Of a stretch of DNA of 59,552 nt, positions 45,477-55,319 are shown one piece after another. Origin of the DNA: Bdellovibrionota bacterium (GTDB taxonomy: Bacteria; Bdellovibrionota; UBA1018; CAIPTA01). How positions within the stretch are numbered: the first letter of the stretch is position 1; every line of letters begins with the position of its first letter. A program made the position numbers and the translations under genes. The notes below the pieces were generated by a model, which was not told where the DNA came from, ran no database searches, and was given only the letters and a program-made list of their open reading frames with translations. The DNA lies in the NCBI GenBank assembly GCA_036559405.1, contig DATBTF010000092.1:1-59552 (forward strand), written 5' to 3'.

Positions 45477-47894
45477 TCAACTATACGAAAGTTGGCGACC
45501 ATCCCAAAAGTCTTCGATTTCTTTAAGGATTTGTCCAGAGACCAGCTCCTGGGGGCTGTCGGAGAACCAGTCTTCCGGCATCGACTTTCCATAGGACGGC
45601 TGGAGGAAGCGTGAGTCCATCAAAACGATCAAACCCCGGTCGGTCTCGGAACGGATCACCCGGCCCGCCGCCTGCACCGCCTTGGCCATCGCGGGAAAGG
45701 TATAGGCGTAGTCAAAGCCGGCCTTGTAGTGCTTCTCATAGTAGGCGCGCATCTCTTCGCGCTCTAGCTCGAAACTCGGAAGGGGCGGACCCACCACGAA
45801 GGCCCCGATCGCCATCTCTCCGGGATAATCCACGCCCTCGGCAAATACGCCGCCGGAAACCGCGAACAGGATGGTGGGCTTGTCAGCGGCCTTGAGGTGC
45901 GCCAGCACATCCTCGATCTCATCGGCGCGCATATAGCGCTCCTGGCGAAGCACACAGAATCCCGGAGGTGTCTGGAAAAGCGCGAGGGTTTTTTCGAGAA
46001 ACTCGAAGGATGGGAAGAAGGCGAAGTAGTTGCCCGGGCGAAGCGCGGAGATACGGGCGATGGTTTCCGCCACTTTCGGATAGTTGCGCTGGCGGTCAGC
46101 GTACTTCGAAGAGATCTGCGGAATGATCAGCAGTTTGCGCTGGCTCTTGGGAAAGGGCGAGCGGAACTCCGCCGTCTTGAGCGTTTCCGCCTTGAGACCA
46201 GCCAGCTGGCTATAAAAATCGAAAGGCTTGAGAGTGGCGGAAAAGCCCACGACTTGCTCGTAGTCATCGTAGCAGGCTTTCAGGAAACTCGAGGCGTCGC
46301 AGCAGGTGATGCGCACCACTCCCCCGCTGGGATGCGGGGCGAAGGTGGTGAAAAACTCCTCGCGCGCTCCGCCCTCCACGAACTCGAGGGCCGCGGTGAA
46401 CTCCGACCAGTAGAAACAGAGCCGCAGCACGGGATCCCCTGCGAGAATCTCCTCGTCGCTCTCGAGATAGCGGGAGAGAAAAGCCCGCAGCAGAAGATCG
46501 TGGTCGTGGAAAAGCGCTGCCGGCGGGTCGATTTTTCTGGGCGCATTCGTGCCGGGAGGCGCGCACTGTTTCAGGACGGCGATCGCGCCTTCGAGAAGCT
46601 CCAGGGCCTCAATCCGAAAACGGGCGTGCAGCTCCGTGAGCTGTTCGCGCATCTTCGTAAGCGTGAACGACGATAATTCCGGGGAATGGTAGTCCATCGC
46701 GCGGGCAGGGAGGTTGTGGGCCTCGTCGATCACAAGGTTCGGCTTCCCGTCCTGGTCGAGCCCGGAGGCGGAAAGACGGGTGAAGGCCGAACGCGGGGCG
46801 AACACATAGTTGTAATCGCAAACCACGGTCTCGGCGTCCTGCGCGGCCTCGAGCTGCAGCTCGAACGGGCAAACCTCGTGCGTGCGCGCCAGGTCCTGGA
46901 AAGTCTTCTTCGTGAGCTTTTTCTTCTTCGCGAGCTTCTCGAGCACCTTATGCTCGGCCATCTTCGTGTAATGATCCTTGGCGTACTCGCAATAGCCCGG
47001 ATTGCAAAGCGGCTCATTCTTGAAGCAGATCTTGCTCTTGGCGGTGATGGTGAGCGAGCGGATCTTCGCGCCCTTCTCCTGCAGCCGCTCCACCGCGTCT
47101 TCCGCCACGGCATGCTGGCTATTCTTCGGAGTCACATAGACCACACGCTGCCCGCGCTGGAGTGCGTTTTGCAGCGAGGGATAGAGCACGCCCACGGTTT
47201 TCCCGAGGCCCGTGGGCGCCTGGATCAGCATGCGCTTCCTCTCCAGCATCCCCTCTTCCACCGAGCCGATCAGCTCCAACTGGCCGGTCCGGGGCTGCGC
47301 GAAGGGAAACGCCAGACGGCCCGCTTCTTTCCGCCGGCGGTCCGCTCGTTTCACGGCGGCCTCGGCCTCTTCCTCCAGCTCGTCGAGGCGTTTCTCGAGC
47401 CATTCTTCATATTCGCCCAGGTCAAAATCGAGGAGGAAGGTATCCGATTCGAAATTGCGCGTGCTCACCAGATGAAAGGCCAGCTCCGGCAGCACTTCCT
47501 CCTGCTTGTAAAAAAAGTAACCGTAGGAAAGCAGCTGCAGGCAGTAGGGATGCTCGAGGGTGCCCGAGCGCAGGCGTTTGGCGAGCTCCTTCACCTGGAA
47601 GGTGCTCTTGATTTCTTCGATGCGCGGCTCTTTATCACGAAAAAGCCCGTCGATACGGCCGGCGACACGGAAAAGAAAATCGCCCCGCTCGAACTCCATC
47701 GCGATCGGCACTTCCGCCTCATAGTTGCCGTACTCCCGGGCACGCCGCTTTTGTACCTGCTGGTGGATTTCAATCCCCATCTGGGTGGCTCGGCCATAGC
47801 CGGAGAGCGCGTCGATGCTGCCCTTGCGTGGCACGGGCAGGGCGAAGTCGCCCACGCTCAGCAGAACTTTCTTCTTTTCCCCCATCTCCCCCAT
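45477..47894 (-). CDS. PD-(D/E)XK (RecB/Cas4-like) nuclease domain fused to a DinG/XPD-family (Rad3-like, Fe-S) SF2 helicase
   Basis: N-terminus: GIEIHQQVQ, GRIDGLF...IEEIKST (D...ExK), QLLSYGYF (QxxxY). Helicase: Walker A QAPTGLGKT, Fe-S Cys cluster CFKNEPLCNPGYCEY...C, DEAH box IDEAHNL, C-terminal AAGRVIRSETDRG. Confidence 0.85.
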   Translation of the reverse strand: MGEMGEKKKVLLSVGDFALPVPRKGSIDALSGYGRATQMGIEIHQQVQKRRAREYGNYEAEVPIAMEFERGDFLFRVAGRIDGLFRDKEPRIEEIKSTFQVKELAKRLRSGTLEHPYCLQLLSYGYFFYKQEEVLPELAFHLVSTRNFESDTFLLDFDLGEYEEWLEKRLDELEEEAEAAVKRADRRRKEAGRLAFPFAQPRTGQLELIGSVEEGMLERKRMLIQAPTGLGKTVGVLYPSLQNALQRGQRVVYVTPKNSQHAVAEDAVERLQEKGAKIRSLTITAKSKICFKNEPLCNPGYCEYAKDHYTKMAEHKVLEKLAKKKKLTKKTFQDLARTHEVCPFELQLEAAQDAETVVCDYNYVFAPRSAFTRLSASGLDQDGKPNLVIDEAHNLPARAMDYHSPELSSFTLTKMREQLTELHARFRIEALELLEGAIAVLKQCAPPGTNAPRKIDPPAALFHDHDLLLRAFLSRYLESDEEILAGDPVLRLCFYWSEFTAALEFVEGGAREEFFTTFAPHPSGGVVRITCCDASSFLKACYDDYEQVVGFSATLKPFDFYSQLAGLKAETLKTAEFRSPFPKSQRKLLIIPQISSKYADRQRNYPKVAETIARISALRPGNYFAFFPSFEFLEKTLALFQTPPGFCVLRQERYMRADEIEDVLAHLKAADKPTILFAVSGGVFAEGVDYPGEMAIGAFVVGPPLPSFELEREEMRAYYEKHYKAGFDYAYTFPAMAKAVQAAGRVIRSETDRGLIVLMDSRFLQPSYGKSMPEDWFSDSPQELVSGQILKEIEDFWDGRQLSYS

Positions 47895-47900
47895 CCTACT

Positions 47901-48908
47901 TCAGAACAGGCTCAGCTGCGAAGCCGGTGTTTTCGCCAGTTCTTCTTCCGGAAAAGCTTCGAGTCCCAGCGAATTGAGGTGACGTACCAGGGCGCCCGGG
48001 CCGCGATGCTGCACATAAACGCGTTTGGCACCCGTTTCTCTGATGGTGCGCAGAAGATCGTTCCAGTCGGCATGGTCGCTCATCGTAAAGCCCCGGTCGT
48101 AAGCGGAGGCGACGCCGTATCCTTGGTTCTGCGCCATCCAGCCGGAAGCGAAGGCCGTTTCGAATTCATTTCCGAGAAAAACGGCATTGGGTCCGGACAA
48201 AAAGGAATGTGGTGCAATGATGAGCTCGCCTTTGAGGCGGGCTTCCTTTCCGAGATTCGCAATATCGATCGTTGGTAGCAGCCTGACGCCTTCCGCGCGG
48301 TAGCAGTCGGTGAGCGCCGCCGCGGCAGGGTCGAGATAGGCCGCCCGGTCGGTGAGGTTGTTTAGGAGTCCCAGCACCCGCTGGGTCTTGCCGAGAGAAT
48401 AGGCGCAGAGAACGGAGTTCGTCCCTCTTTTACGGTTCTTCTCCCACCAGTCAAAGATCTCGCGGCCCAGATCGGCATCTTTCTTCCACTGGTAGGCGGG
48501 AGTACCGAAAGTGGCCTCGGTCACGAATACATCGCAAGGTACAGGCTCGAAGGGCTCGCAGGTGGGATCGAACTCACGCTTATAGTCGCCGCTCGCCACC
48601 CAAACCTCGCTCCCATATTCGAGTCTTACTTGAGAGGAGCCCAAAATATGCCCTGCGGGATGGAAAGAAACCGTCACTCCTCCCAGCCGGAATTTCTCGC
48701 CAAATTCATGTCCCTCGATCGCGATCTTCTGGCCAAGGCGGGCGCGCACCAGGGCAACGCCGCTCCGGGGGGTATAGTATTGCTTTGCCCCCCGCCGTGC
48801 GTGGTCGGAATGGGCATGGGTCACCACGGCCCTGTCCACCCCACCTTTAGGATCGATGTAGAAGTCGCCAGCTTCGCAGTAGAGGCCTTGCTTACGGAGA
48901 ACGAGCAT
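47901..48908 (-). CDS. Metallo-beta-lactamase/beta-CASP exonuclease of the ligase-associated DNA damage response type
   Basis: 335 aa. GLYCEAGDFYIDP...AVVTHAHSDHAR (HxHxDH), HPAGHILGS, EVWVASGDYK, TEATFG. Collinear with my recollection of the 'exonuclease, DNA ligase-associated' family. Sits 6 nt upstream of the helicase gene. Confidence 0.8.
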   Translation of the reverse strand: MLVLRKQGLYCEAGDFYIDPKGGVDRAVVTHAHSDHARRGAKQYYTPRSGVALVRARLGQKIAIEGHEFGEKFRLGGVTVSFHPAGHILGSSQVRLEYGSEVWVASGDYKREFDPTCEPFEPVPCDVFVTEATFGTPAYQWKKDADLGREIFDWWEKNRKRGTNSVLCAYSLGKTQRVLGLLNNLTDRAAYLDPAAAALTDCYRAEGVRLLPTIDIANLGKEARLKGELIIAPHSFLSGPNAVFLGNEFETAFASGWMAQNQGYGVASAYDRGFTMSDHADWNDLLRTIRETGAKRVYVQHRGPGALVRHLNSLGLEAFPEEELAKTPASQLSLF

Positions 48909-49021
48909 TACGTTCAGGGTAGCAAAGGGCGTTTCCCGAAACGACAGTTTGACCGCCTGCGCTATTAACTTTATAACATATTGAATTTATTGATTTTTAT
49001 CACTGAAGAAACACCCCCCTC

Positions 49022-50863
49022 TTGGCCGATCAAAAATATAGGTATCGAAGCTTGAACACACCCCCTCAGGCCTTTCCCCGGGCCGCCCTAGTTTTGGTTC
49101 TCCTCCTCTCACCCCTCCCTTCGGGTGCCCATGACGGCATCGACTGTGAGAAGGTCAACCAGGATCTCTTAAGAGAACTCCACACCCTGCGCACCGGAAC
49201 CGGAGAACCTCTCCACCGCTGCCAGCTGAACCTGGCCGCCCCGGCCAATGGCGGTGTCTGCGAGCACACCTATACCGATATCAACCAGCAGCTCGACAAA
49301 ATCGACGCCAAGGCCGAAGAAGCCTGCAACCTGATCCGCCAGGCACGCGACCAGAAAAGCGAGTGCGAGAACGGGCAAACGGCCTGCTTCCAGGCAGCCG
49401 CCCCGAAGTTCCAGGAGGCCTCCGCCAAGCTCAGCGACGCCGCAAGCCTGGTCAGCCAGGCCAAGTTCAGCGTGGAGATCCGCCGGGACGAAAACCGCGC
49501 CGTTGCGAAACACTATGGGGAATTCCTCAGACGGGCCGGGAAGCAAAAAGCCCTGGAACCCGCGTTAAGACAGACGAACCCTTCGGAGGATCCTTGGGCG
49601 CAGCTGGATCCTTTCTCCCGCAAACTTTTCAACACCGACCCCCAGTCGGCTCTTCGGGCCAACAAGCTCGAAAACAGCAGCGGTGAAGAAGTGGCCGCCA
49701 ATAAAGAACGAATCCGCAGCTTCATTGAAAACGGAGGCACGGAAGCGTCGCTAAGCACCATCGCCCTGCTTCCCCAGGAGCAGCTGCGGGCCGAGCTGCA
49801 TGCCCGCAACTTCATCGCCGCCGCAGGCTTGGCTGCCGATGAGCTTCTCGTCCGGGCGGGGCGCCTGGATAAAGTCTCCAAAAGAATGATTGTGGCAGGC
49901 GAGAAGCTCGCGCCCCCGGCCGTTACGGAAAAGAAATCCACGTCCTATACCGTGAACGTAGACACAAACGTTGCGCCGCCCGCCAGGAACAGCGATATCC
50001 ACCTTGCCCTGAACACCCTTCTGGCCCCGGCCCAAGCGCTTGCGCAGGCCACTCTCGATCCGAAAAAAGGGGCCGTGCTCGCCCTCGCCGGAGGCGCCCT
50101 CATGGCGGCTCGTCGAGGGTCCAACATCACCCTCGACCGTGACTATGGTGCTCCCGTAAAAATGGCTGTCGCGAACGGCGACCGTCAGCTGATGAGAGTG
50201 ACAGACAAAGAACTGGCCGCCGATCCCTCTTCCTATCCGGCCTCCTCCCCCGCCTCCCCGGCCCGGGCTTCCGCGGCCCAGGAGGCAGCCAAGGCGGCGG
50301 CCCAAGACCCAGCTAAGCCTGTGGTGGCAAGCCCGGTAGGCGATACGGCCGCCGCGCGCGCACCCGCCTCCAAAGAAGAATCCGAGCGCCATCCGGCCGT
50401 AGAGAATCGCCCTCCCGTGATCTCGCCCGAATCCCTTGCCGCGCCCCTGGAATACACCCTAGGCGCCTCTCGTGAGCCCGCCAAAAAAGAAGAGAAGAAA
50501 AACGAACCCGCCAAGACAGGCCCCCGCGAAGCCCTCAGTGCCTACAATTCCGGTGCCGGCTCGGGCGACCTTTTCGCTGCAACCGCCCGGGACCGCCTGC
50601 GCGAAATGCTCCGGCGCCGCACGGCGGGCGAGAAAAGCAATGCCGGCGACGAGGACAATGCCGGACAGCAAACCGTGGCCGATGTTCTGCAAAACACGAG
50701 TGCGGCCCCCCTTTCAGCGTTTTCCGGCGAGGGAGAAATGCTTCAGGAAAGCTTTCAGAGCGACGGCGATTTCACCCCCCTCTTCCGCCGTGTACATAGC
50801 GCCCACCGGCGCTTTCACCATTGGCTGGAAAATGACCGCTGGCCAGGGCGGCCTGACCTATAA
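49022..50863 (+). CDS. Secreted Ala/Pro/Glu-rich hypothetical protein (start uncertain)
   Basis: Hydrophobic AALVLVLLLSPLPSGAHD near the N-terminus. TTG starts are possible at 49022 or 49052; no SD seen. C-terminal DFTPLFRRVHSAHRRF resembles the C-terminal motif of the 29369-33810 paralogs. Confidence 0.5.
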   Translation: MADQKYRYRSLNTPPQAFPRAALVLVLLLSPLPSGAHDGIDCEKVNQDLLRELHTLRTGTGEPLHRCQLNLAAPANGGVCEHTYTDINQQLDKIDAKAEEACNLIRQARDQKSECENGQTACFQAAAPKFQEASAKLSDAASLVSQAKFSVEIRRDENRAVAKHYGEFLRRAGKQKALEPALRQTNPSEDPWAQLDPFSRKLFNTDPQSALRANKLENSSGEEVAANKERIRSFIENGGTEASLSTIALLPQEQLRAELHARNFIAAAGLAADELLVRAGRLDKVSKRMIVAGEKLAPPAVTEKKSTSYTVNVDTNVAPPARNSDIHLALNTLLAPAQALAQATLDPKKGAVLALAGGALMAARRGSNITLDRDYGAPVKMAVANGDRQLMRVTDKELAADPSSYPASSPASPARASAAQEAAKAAAQDPAKPVVASPVGDTAAARAPASKEESERHPAVENRPPVISPESLAAPLEYTLGASREPAKKEEKKNEPAKTGPREALSAYNSGAGSGDLFAATARDRLREMLRRRTAGEKSNAGDEDNAGQQTVADVLQNTSAAPLSAFSGEGEMLQESFQSDGDFTPLFRRVHSAHRRFHHWLENDRWPGRPDL

Positions 50864-50977
50864 TCGTCCCTGAAAAAATTTCCATACGCCCCTGCCAGCC
50901 CAAGTAAGAACAAGGCATGGAAAAGGCATTCGCAATCCCTTATACTCCGGCGATCCTATCGGAAACCGGAGGGAATC

Positions 50978-52051
50978 ATGATCAGATCGGCTTTCATTGC
51001 ATATGCGTTTTTTTCCATTCTTCCTTTGGCCGCTCTGGCTGAATCCAGCCCGGTGATTTCGAGCTACTTCCTGCCTCCGTCAGAATTCGCGCAGCTCCCC
51101 AAAGTCTCCAGGCTGTTCGAGATCGAGCACCGCCAGGGGAACGGCTTCGTCGTGGACATTCCCGCCGACCAGTCCCCGCTCCTGCTCGCGCTGGCCCCCG
51201 GCGCCCAGCTGATGGAACGCGACGTATCCGCCGCAATCCGGCGCAAGCTGCAGGAATACCGGCTCACGGCTGGCGTGCCTGGCTATCACAGCTTCGACCA
51301 GGTTCAGGACTGGATGCATGCCCACCAGGCCGCCCGGTCCGATCTGGTGCAGGTGGTGGACTACGGCCTGAGCAAAGCGGGCCGCGCCCTCACAGCGCTC
51401 CACCTCGCCTCCGAGCAGAGCAAAGGCAAACCCGTGGTGATGATCACGGCAGCCACCCATGGCGACGAACTGATCACCACGGAGGTGCTGATGCATCTCG
51501 TGGACAGACTCGTGGCGGCCTACCACAAGGAAGACCGCCTTACGAAGCTCGTCGATTCCCACGACATCTACTTCGTGCCGGTGCTGAACCCCGACGGCTT
51601 CGCGAGCTCCAACCGCTACGACGGCAACCGCGATCCCAACCGTTCCTATCCCTACCCCAACCACGAGAACATGGAGCCCACCCCGAGCATTGCCGGCATC
51701 ATCAAGCTGTTCTCGTCTCTCAACGTCAAAGCGAGCATCGATTTCCACGCCTATGGCGAGCTGATCATGTACCCCTGGGCCTACACCCACGATCCGGTGG
51801 ACCCGACCTCCAGAACACGCTTCGATGCCCTCACCAGGCACATGGCTGAAACCAATCGCTATACCTACGGCCCCATTGCAGATGTGATCTACGTCGCTCC
51901 GGGCTCCTCGGCCGACTACTACTTCTGGAAAAAAGGTTCCACGAGCCTGGGGATCGAGATCGGCGACACCAAGATTCCGTCGCCCGCGAAGTTCCCTGAA
52001 TATTTCGAAAGCCAGGAAGAGAGCACCTGGCGCTTCCTCGAAGGAATCTAA
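50978..52051 (+). CDS. M14-family zinc carboxypeptidase (secreted)
   Basis: Signal peptide. HxxE zinc motif in ATHGDELITTEV, NPDGF, DFHAYGE blocks. GGAGGG SD. Confidence 0.88.
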   Translation: MIRSAFIAYAFFSILPLAALAESSPVISSYFLPPSEFAQLPKVSRLFEIEHRQGNGFVVDIPADQSPLLLALAPGAQLMERDVSAAIRRKLQEYRLTAGVPGYHSFDQVQDWMHAHQAARSDLVQVVDYGLSKAGRALTALHLASEQSKGKPVVMITAATHGDELITTEVLMHLVDRLVAAYHKEDRLTKLVDSHDIYFVPVLNPDGFASSNRYDGNRDPNRSYPYPNHENMEPTPSIAGIIKLFSSLNVKASIDFHAYGELIMYPWAYTHDPVDPTSRTRFDALTRHMAETNRYTYGPIADVIYVAPGSSADYYFWKKGSTSLGIEIGDTKIPSPAKFPEYFESQEESTWRFLEGI

Positions 52052-52305
52052 AGCACAACGTCCACGTAGGTCACCCCCGCCGCCAGACTGCTGCTGGGCT
52101 TGGCGGGCTGGCCTTTGATCAACACCCGTTTCTCGTCGAAAAGCTTTTTGAACTGCGAGCGCGAGATGCGCTTGAGATCGCCATTCTCTTCTTGCCCCCG
52201 CAGCGCTTCGAGCAGATGCGTGTCCAGCCTCGGCTGGCGGGCATTCATCGTAAGAACGACCCGGAAAGTACCGGGCGGCTGAGGGGGGACATTGTTTTGG
52301 TCCAT
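52048..52305 (-). CDS. Small S4-domain RNA-binding-like protein
   Basis: RLDTHLLEAL...ISRSQFKKLFDEKRVLIKGQPAKPSSSL..G resembles the S4 domain at the N-terminus of RluD-type proteins. ATG at 52305 is preferred to the TTG at 52323. Confidence 0.55.
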   Translation of the reverse strand: MDQNNVPPQPPGTFRVVLTMNARQPRLDTHLLEALRGQEENGDLKRISRSQFKKLFDEKRVLIKGQPAKPSSSLAAGVTYVDVVL

Positions 52306-52367
52306 AGGCGTACCTTCGCACAATGGCCAAGTTTGTACAGGGGAAAGAGCGGTGCTATAAGCCCGGC

Positions 52368-53933
52368 ATGTCCCGCATCCTCAACGACCTCAAGGTGCCC
52401 CTCGACGAGGACCTCGCCGACCGCCTCGCCTGGATGACGCCGGATCATGGGCCCTACCGCATCCTGCGACAGAGCGTGGACGCACGCCAACGCCATTCGC
52501 CCCACTTCGTGTATTCCGTGGAAGTCGCCGAAAAGGGCGAGGAGCTGCGCGTGGAACAGTTCACGCTGGAGAAGATCGAAGTCGCACCGGGCACCGAGCG
52601 ACCGATCATCGTGGGCTCTGGCCCAGCCGGTCTATTCGCGGCCCTGCGCCTCGTGGAGAGGGGCGTACCTTGCCTGCTGCTCGAGCGCGGATCGGAGAGC
52701 GCAGCGCGGATCAAAGGCATCTCCAAATTCTGGCGGCATGGCGAGCTCGACCGCCGCAATAATGTTTGCTACGGGGAAGGCGGCGCCGGCCTCTACTCCG
52801 ACGGCAAGCTGATCACGCGGATCAAATCACCTCATATCCCCTACGTAATGAACCGGCTCGTGCAGTTCGGTGCTCCAGCGGAAATTCAGTGGCTAGCAAA
52901 TCCACACGTTGGCTCCGACCGCATCCGCCGCGTGATTCCCCTTTTGCGGGAATTTCTGCGCGCCAACGGCTGCGAAATTCATTTCGATACGCAGGTCACC
53001 GAGCTGCTTGTGGAAGGCGGCGCGATCGCCGGAGTGCGCACCGAGCACGGCCAGGTTCTCCGCTCGCCCCAGGTTGTGCTGGCCACGGGGCATTCCGCCG
53101 AGGACATGCTACTGCATCTGCGCGACCTGGGAGTCGCGCTCGAAGGCAAGAGCTTCGCGATGGGCCTGCGGATCGAGCATCCCCAGGAGCTCATCAATAA
53201 AATCCAATACCGCGACGCCTGGGAGCATCCGAAACTTGGCTCTGCCAATTACAGACTCGCCGAACACGATCCCTACGACAACGTAGGCGTCTACAGCTTC
53301 TGCATGTGCCCGGGAGGCTACGTTCTCTCCTCGGGAACCGAGGCCGATGGAATCGTGTGTAATGGGATGAGCAACTACCACCGCAACTCGCCCTTCGCCA
53401 ATGCCGCCATTGTCGTAAGCGTGGATCACCAAAAAAGTTTCGGAAACGACCTCTGGGGCGGCATGAAACTACGCCGCGCTTTGGAAGAGCGCGCCTTCCA
53501 AGCCGTGCGCGAGGCCGGAGGCACGAGAGAGCTGCCGGCCCAGAAGCTCACGGATTTTGCCGCGGGCAAAGCCGGTGCCGTGTCGAAGGGATCTTCGCCC
53601 TCCCACGCCATCGGCGTTCGCCTGGACGAAATCCTGCCTAAGGATCTCGGCACCCGCATCATCGGCGCCCTGGAAAAATTCGAGCGCAATATGCGGGGCT
53701 TTGTCTGCGCCGAAGCCCAGTTCTACGGCATTGAGTCACGCACGTCTTGTCCCGTTCGGGTTACGCGTTCGGAAGACAGTCTGGAAAGCATTTCCCATCC
53801 CGGTCTCTTCCCCGCTGGGGAGGGCGCCGGCTATGCCGGAGGAATCACCTCCGCGGCCTGCGACGGAGTGCGCATCGCCGAAAAGATCGTCGCGCTCACG
53901 ACGCAGCGAAGTTTGCTCAAGCCGCGCGCATAA
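52368..53933 (+). CDS. FAD-dependent oxidoreductase (COG2509-like)
   Basis: Dinucleotide fold IIVGSGPAGLFAALRL. N-terminal ..YRILRQSVDAR.. typical of this family, so the ATG at 52368 is preferred to 52323. Confidence 0.8.
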   Translation: MSRILNDLKVPLDEDLADRLAWMTPDHGPYRILRQSVDARQRHSPHFVYSVEVAEKGEELRVEQFTLEKIEVAPGTERPIIVGSGPAGLFAALRLVERGVPCLLLERGSESAARIKGISKFWRHGELDRRNNVCYGEGGAGLYSDGKLITRIKSPHIPYVMNRLVQFGAPAEIQWLANPHVGSDRIRRVIPLLREFLRANGCEIHFDTQVTELLVEGGAIAGVRTEHGQVLRSPQVVLATGHSAEDMLLHLRDLGVALEGKSFAMGLRIEHPQELINKIQYRDAWEHPKLGSANYRLAEHDPYDNVGVYSFCMCPGGYVLSSGTEADGIVCNGMSNYHRNSPFANAAIVVSVDHQKSFGNDLWGGMKLRRALEERAFQAVREAGGTRELPAQKLTDFAAGKAGAVSKGSSPSHAIGVRLDEILPKDLGTRIIGALEKFERNMRGFVCAEAQFYGIESRTSCPVRVTRSEDSLESISHPGLFPAGEGAGYAGGITSAACDGVRIAEKIVALTTQRSLLKPRA

Positions 53934-53948
53934 GCTACAGTTTTCTTC

Positions 53949-55319
53949 GTGAAATCATTCATTTCTTTATCGTCGGCCCTTACCCTCACCCTTCTGCTTC
54001 CTAGCCTGGGACTCGCGGCTTCGAAGTCACGCACGACTTCCGGAGGCACTGAGATAAAATACAGCGTCGGCACCACCCTCGATCTGCAGGGCCAATACTA
54101 TCCAGACACCCTCTCCCCCCACGTGAAGCAGGGATTCGGAGTTCTGAATGCCGAGGTCGCCTCAAGCCTCAAGGCGGGCAAAACATTTCTGATGAAAGCC
54201 CGCCCTACGGGCCACTGGGACCCTGCCAATCCCACCAAATCGGAGGAAAGCTGGGTGGATCTTCCGGAAGGGTATTTCCAGATCAAGGATTCCCTCAGCG
54301 ATAGCACCACCTTCACCACTCAGGTAGGTTTCAATACCTTCACCTGGGGAGTCACGGATGGATTCAATCCCGTCGACGTGGTCTCCGCACGCCGCTACAG
54401 CGATCCCATCCGATCCGAAAAACTAGGCGCCTTTTCTCTGGCGGGCAAGCTGGACTTCGACGGCCTGCTCTTCGAAGGGATTTACATTCCCGTACAGCGC
54501 CGCTCCATTCTGCCGGGCGACAAATCCCGCTGGCTCCCGAGAGAGATCGGAGGCGATGTCGTGAAAGGAACCACCACTTTCCACCCTCCGCGCCAGCCGG
54601 AATACCAGTACGCCCCTTACTATGAATATGATGCCGCCCTGAAAAACAATTTCGGGGCGCGGATCTCTTCCCACTTCTGGGGCATGGACGCAGCGGCCTA
54701 CTATTTCGACGGAGCCTCTTCGCTGCCGGCGACGGGCACAGAGCTGAACGGCACAACCGTAGCTGTTCTGCCCAGGGTCGAGGTAAACGCCAACAGCATG
54801 ATTGGCCTGCGCCCCATCTACCACCGCATTACGATGACCGGCGGCAGCCTCACCTTCCCCTTCTGGGAGCTACTCGTGCGCAGTGAGCTAGCCATCACCA
54901 AGGCCTATCGCAAAAACAATGCGAGCATCACGGAAAACATCACCGAGGCGGCGCTCGAACTCGAACACACCTTCTCGGGCGAATCGAGCAGCTTCACCGC
55001 GATCGGGCTCCTCACCTTCGCCGATCTCCAGGAAAACGCCGGTCAGTCCACAAGCACGCCTTCGCTTGCCCGGATGTTCGACCGCGGCATCACCCTGGGC
55101 GGGCGCTGGCAGCCGGCAGACGCATTCACCTCAGAGATGTTTGCCGTGTTCGACACCAAAGCCACTGGCGTGCTCTACCACCTGGAAGGAACCTATAAGC
55201 TGGACGATGCGTGGAAAGTCTACGGCCTGGGCGAGATGTTCCAAGGCAAGACGAACACGCCAATTGGCGTCTACCACAAGAACAACCGGATCTTCGCCGG
55301 CATCAAGGTAAGTATCTAG
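53949..55319 (+). CDS. Putative outer-membrane beta-barrel protein
   Basis: Signal peptide MKSFISLSSALTLTLLLPSLGLAAS (GTG start). Alternating hydrophobic beta-strand pattern through to the C-terminus (YKLDDAWKVYGLGEMF...IFAGIKVSI). No family recognised with certainty. Confidence 0.55.
   Translation: MKSFISLSSALTLTLLLPSLGLAASKSRTTSGGTEIKYSVGTTLDLQGQYYPDTLSPHVKQGFGVLNAEVASSLKAGKTFLMKARPTGHWDPANPTKSEESWVDLPEGYFQIKDSLSDSTTFTTQVGFNTFTWGVTDGFNPVDVVSARRYSDPIRSEKLGAFSLAGKLDFDGLLFEGIYIPVQRRSILPGDKSRWLPREIGGDVVKGTTTFHPPRQPEYQYAPYYEYDAALKNNFGARISSHFWGMDAAAYYFDGASSLPATGTELNGTTVAVLPRVEVNANSMIGLRPIYHRITMTGGSLTFPFWELLVRSELAITKAYRKNNASITENITEAALELEHTFSGESSSFTAIGLLTFADLQENAGQSTSTPSLARMFDRGITLGGRWQPADAFTSEMFAVFDTKATGVLYHLEGTYKLDDAWKVYGLGEMFQGKTNTPIGVYHKNNRIFAGIKVSI

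Noticed and set aside
46686-48278. 530-aa plus-strand ORF opposite the helicase and exonuclease genes
   Set aside because: It spans two well-supported minus-strand genes and has no motifs. It is a high-GC antisense artefact.
51080-52330. 416-aa minus-strand ORF opposite the M14 carboxypeptidase gene
   Set aside because: The M14 motifs (HxxE, NPDGF, DFH) are on the plus strand. This ORF is an antisense artefact.
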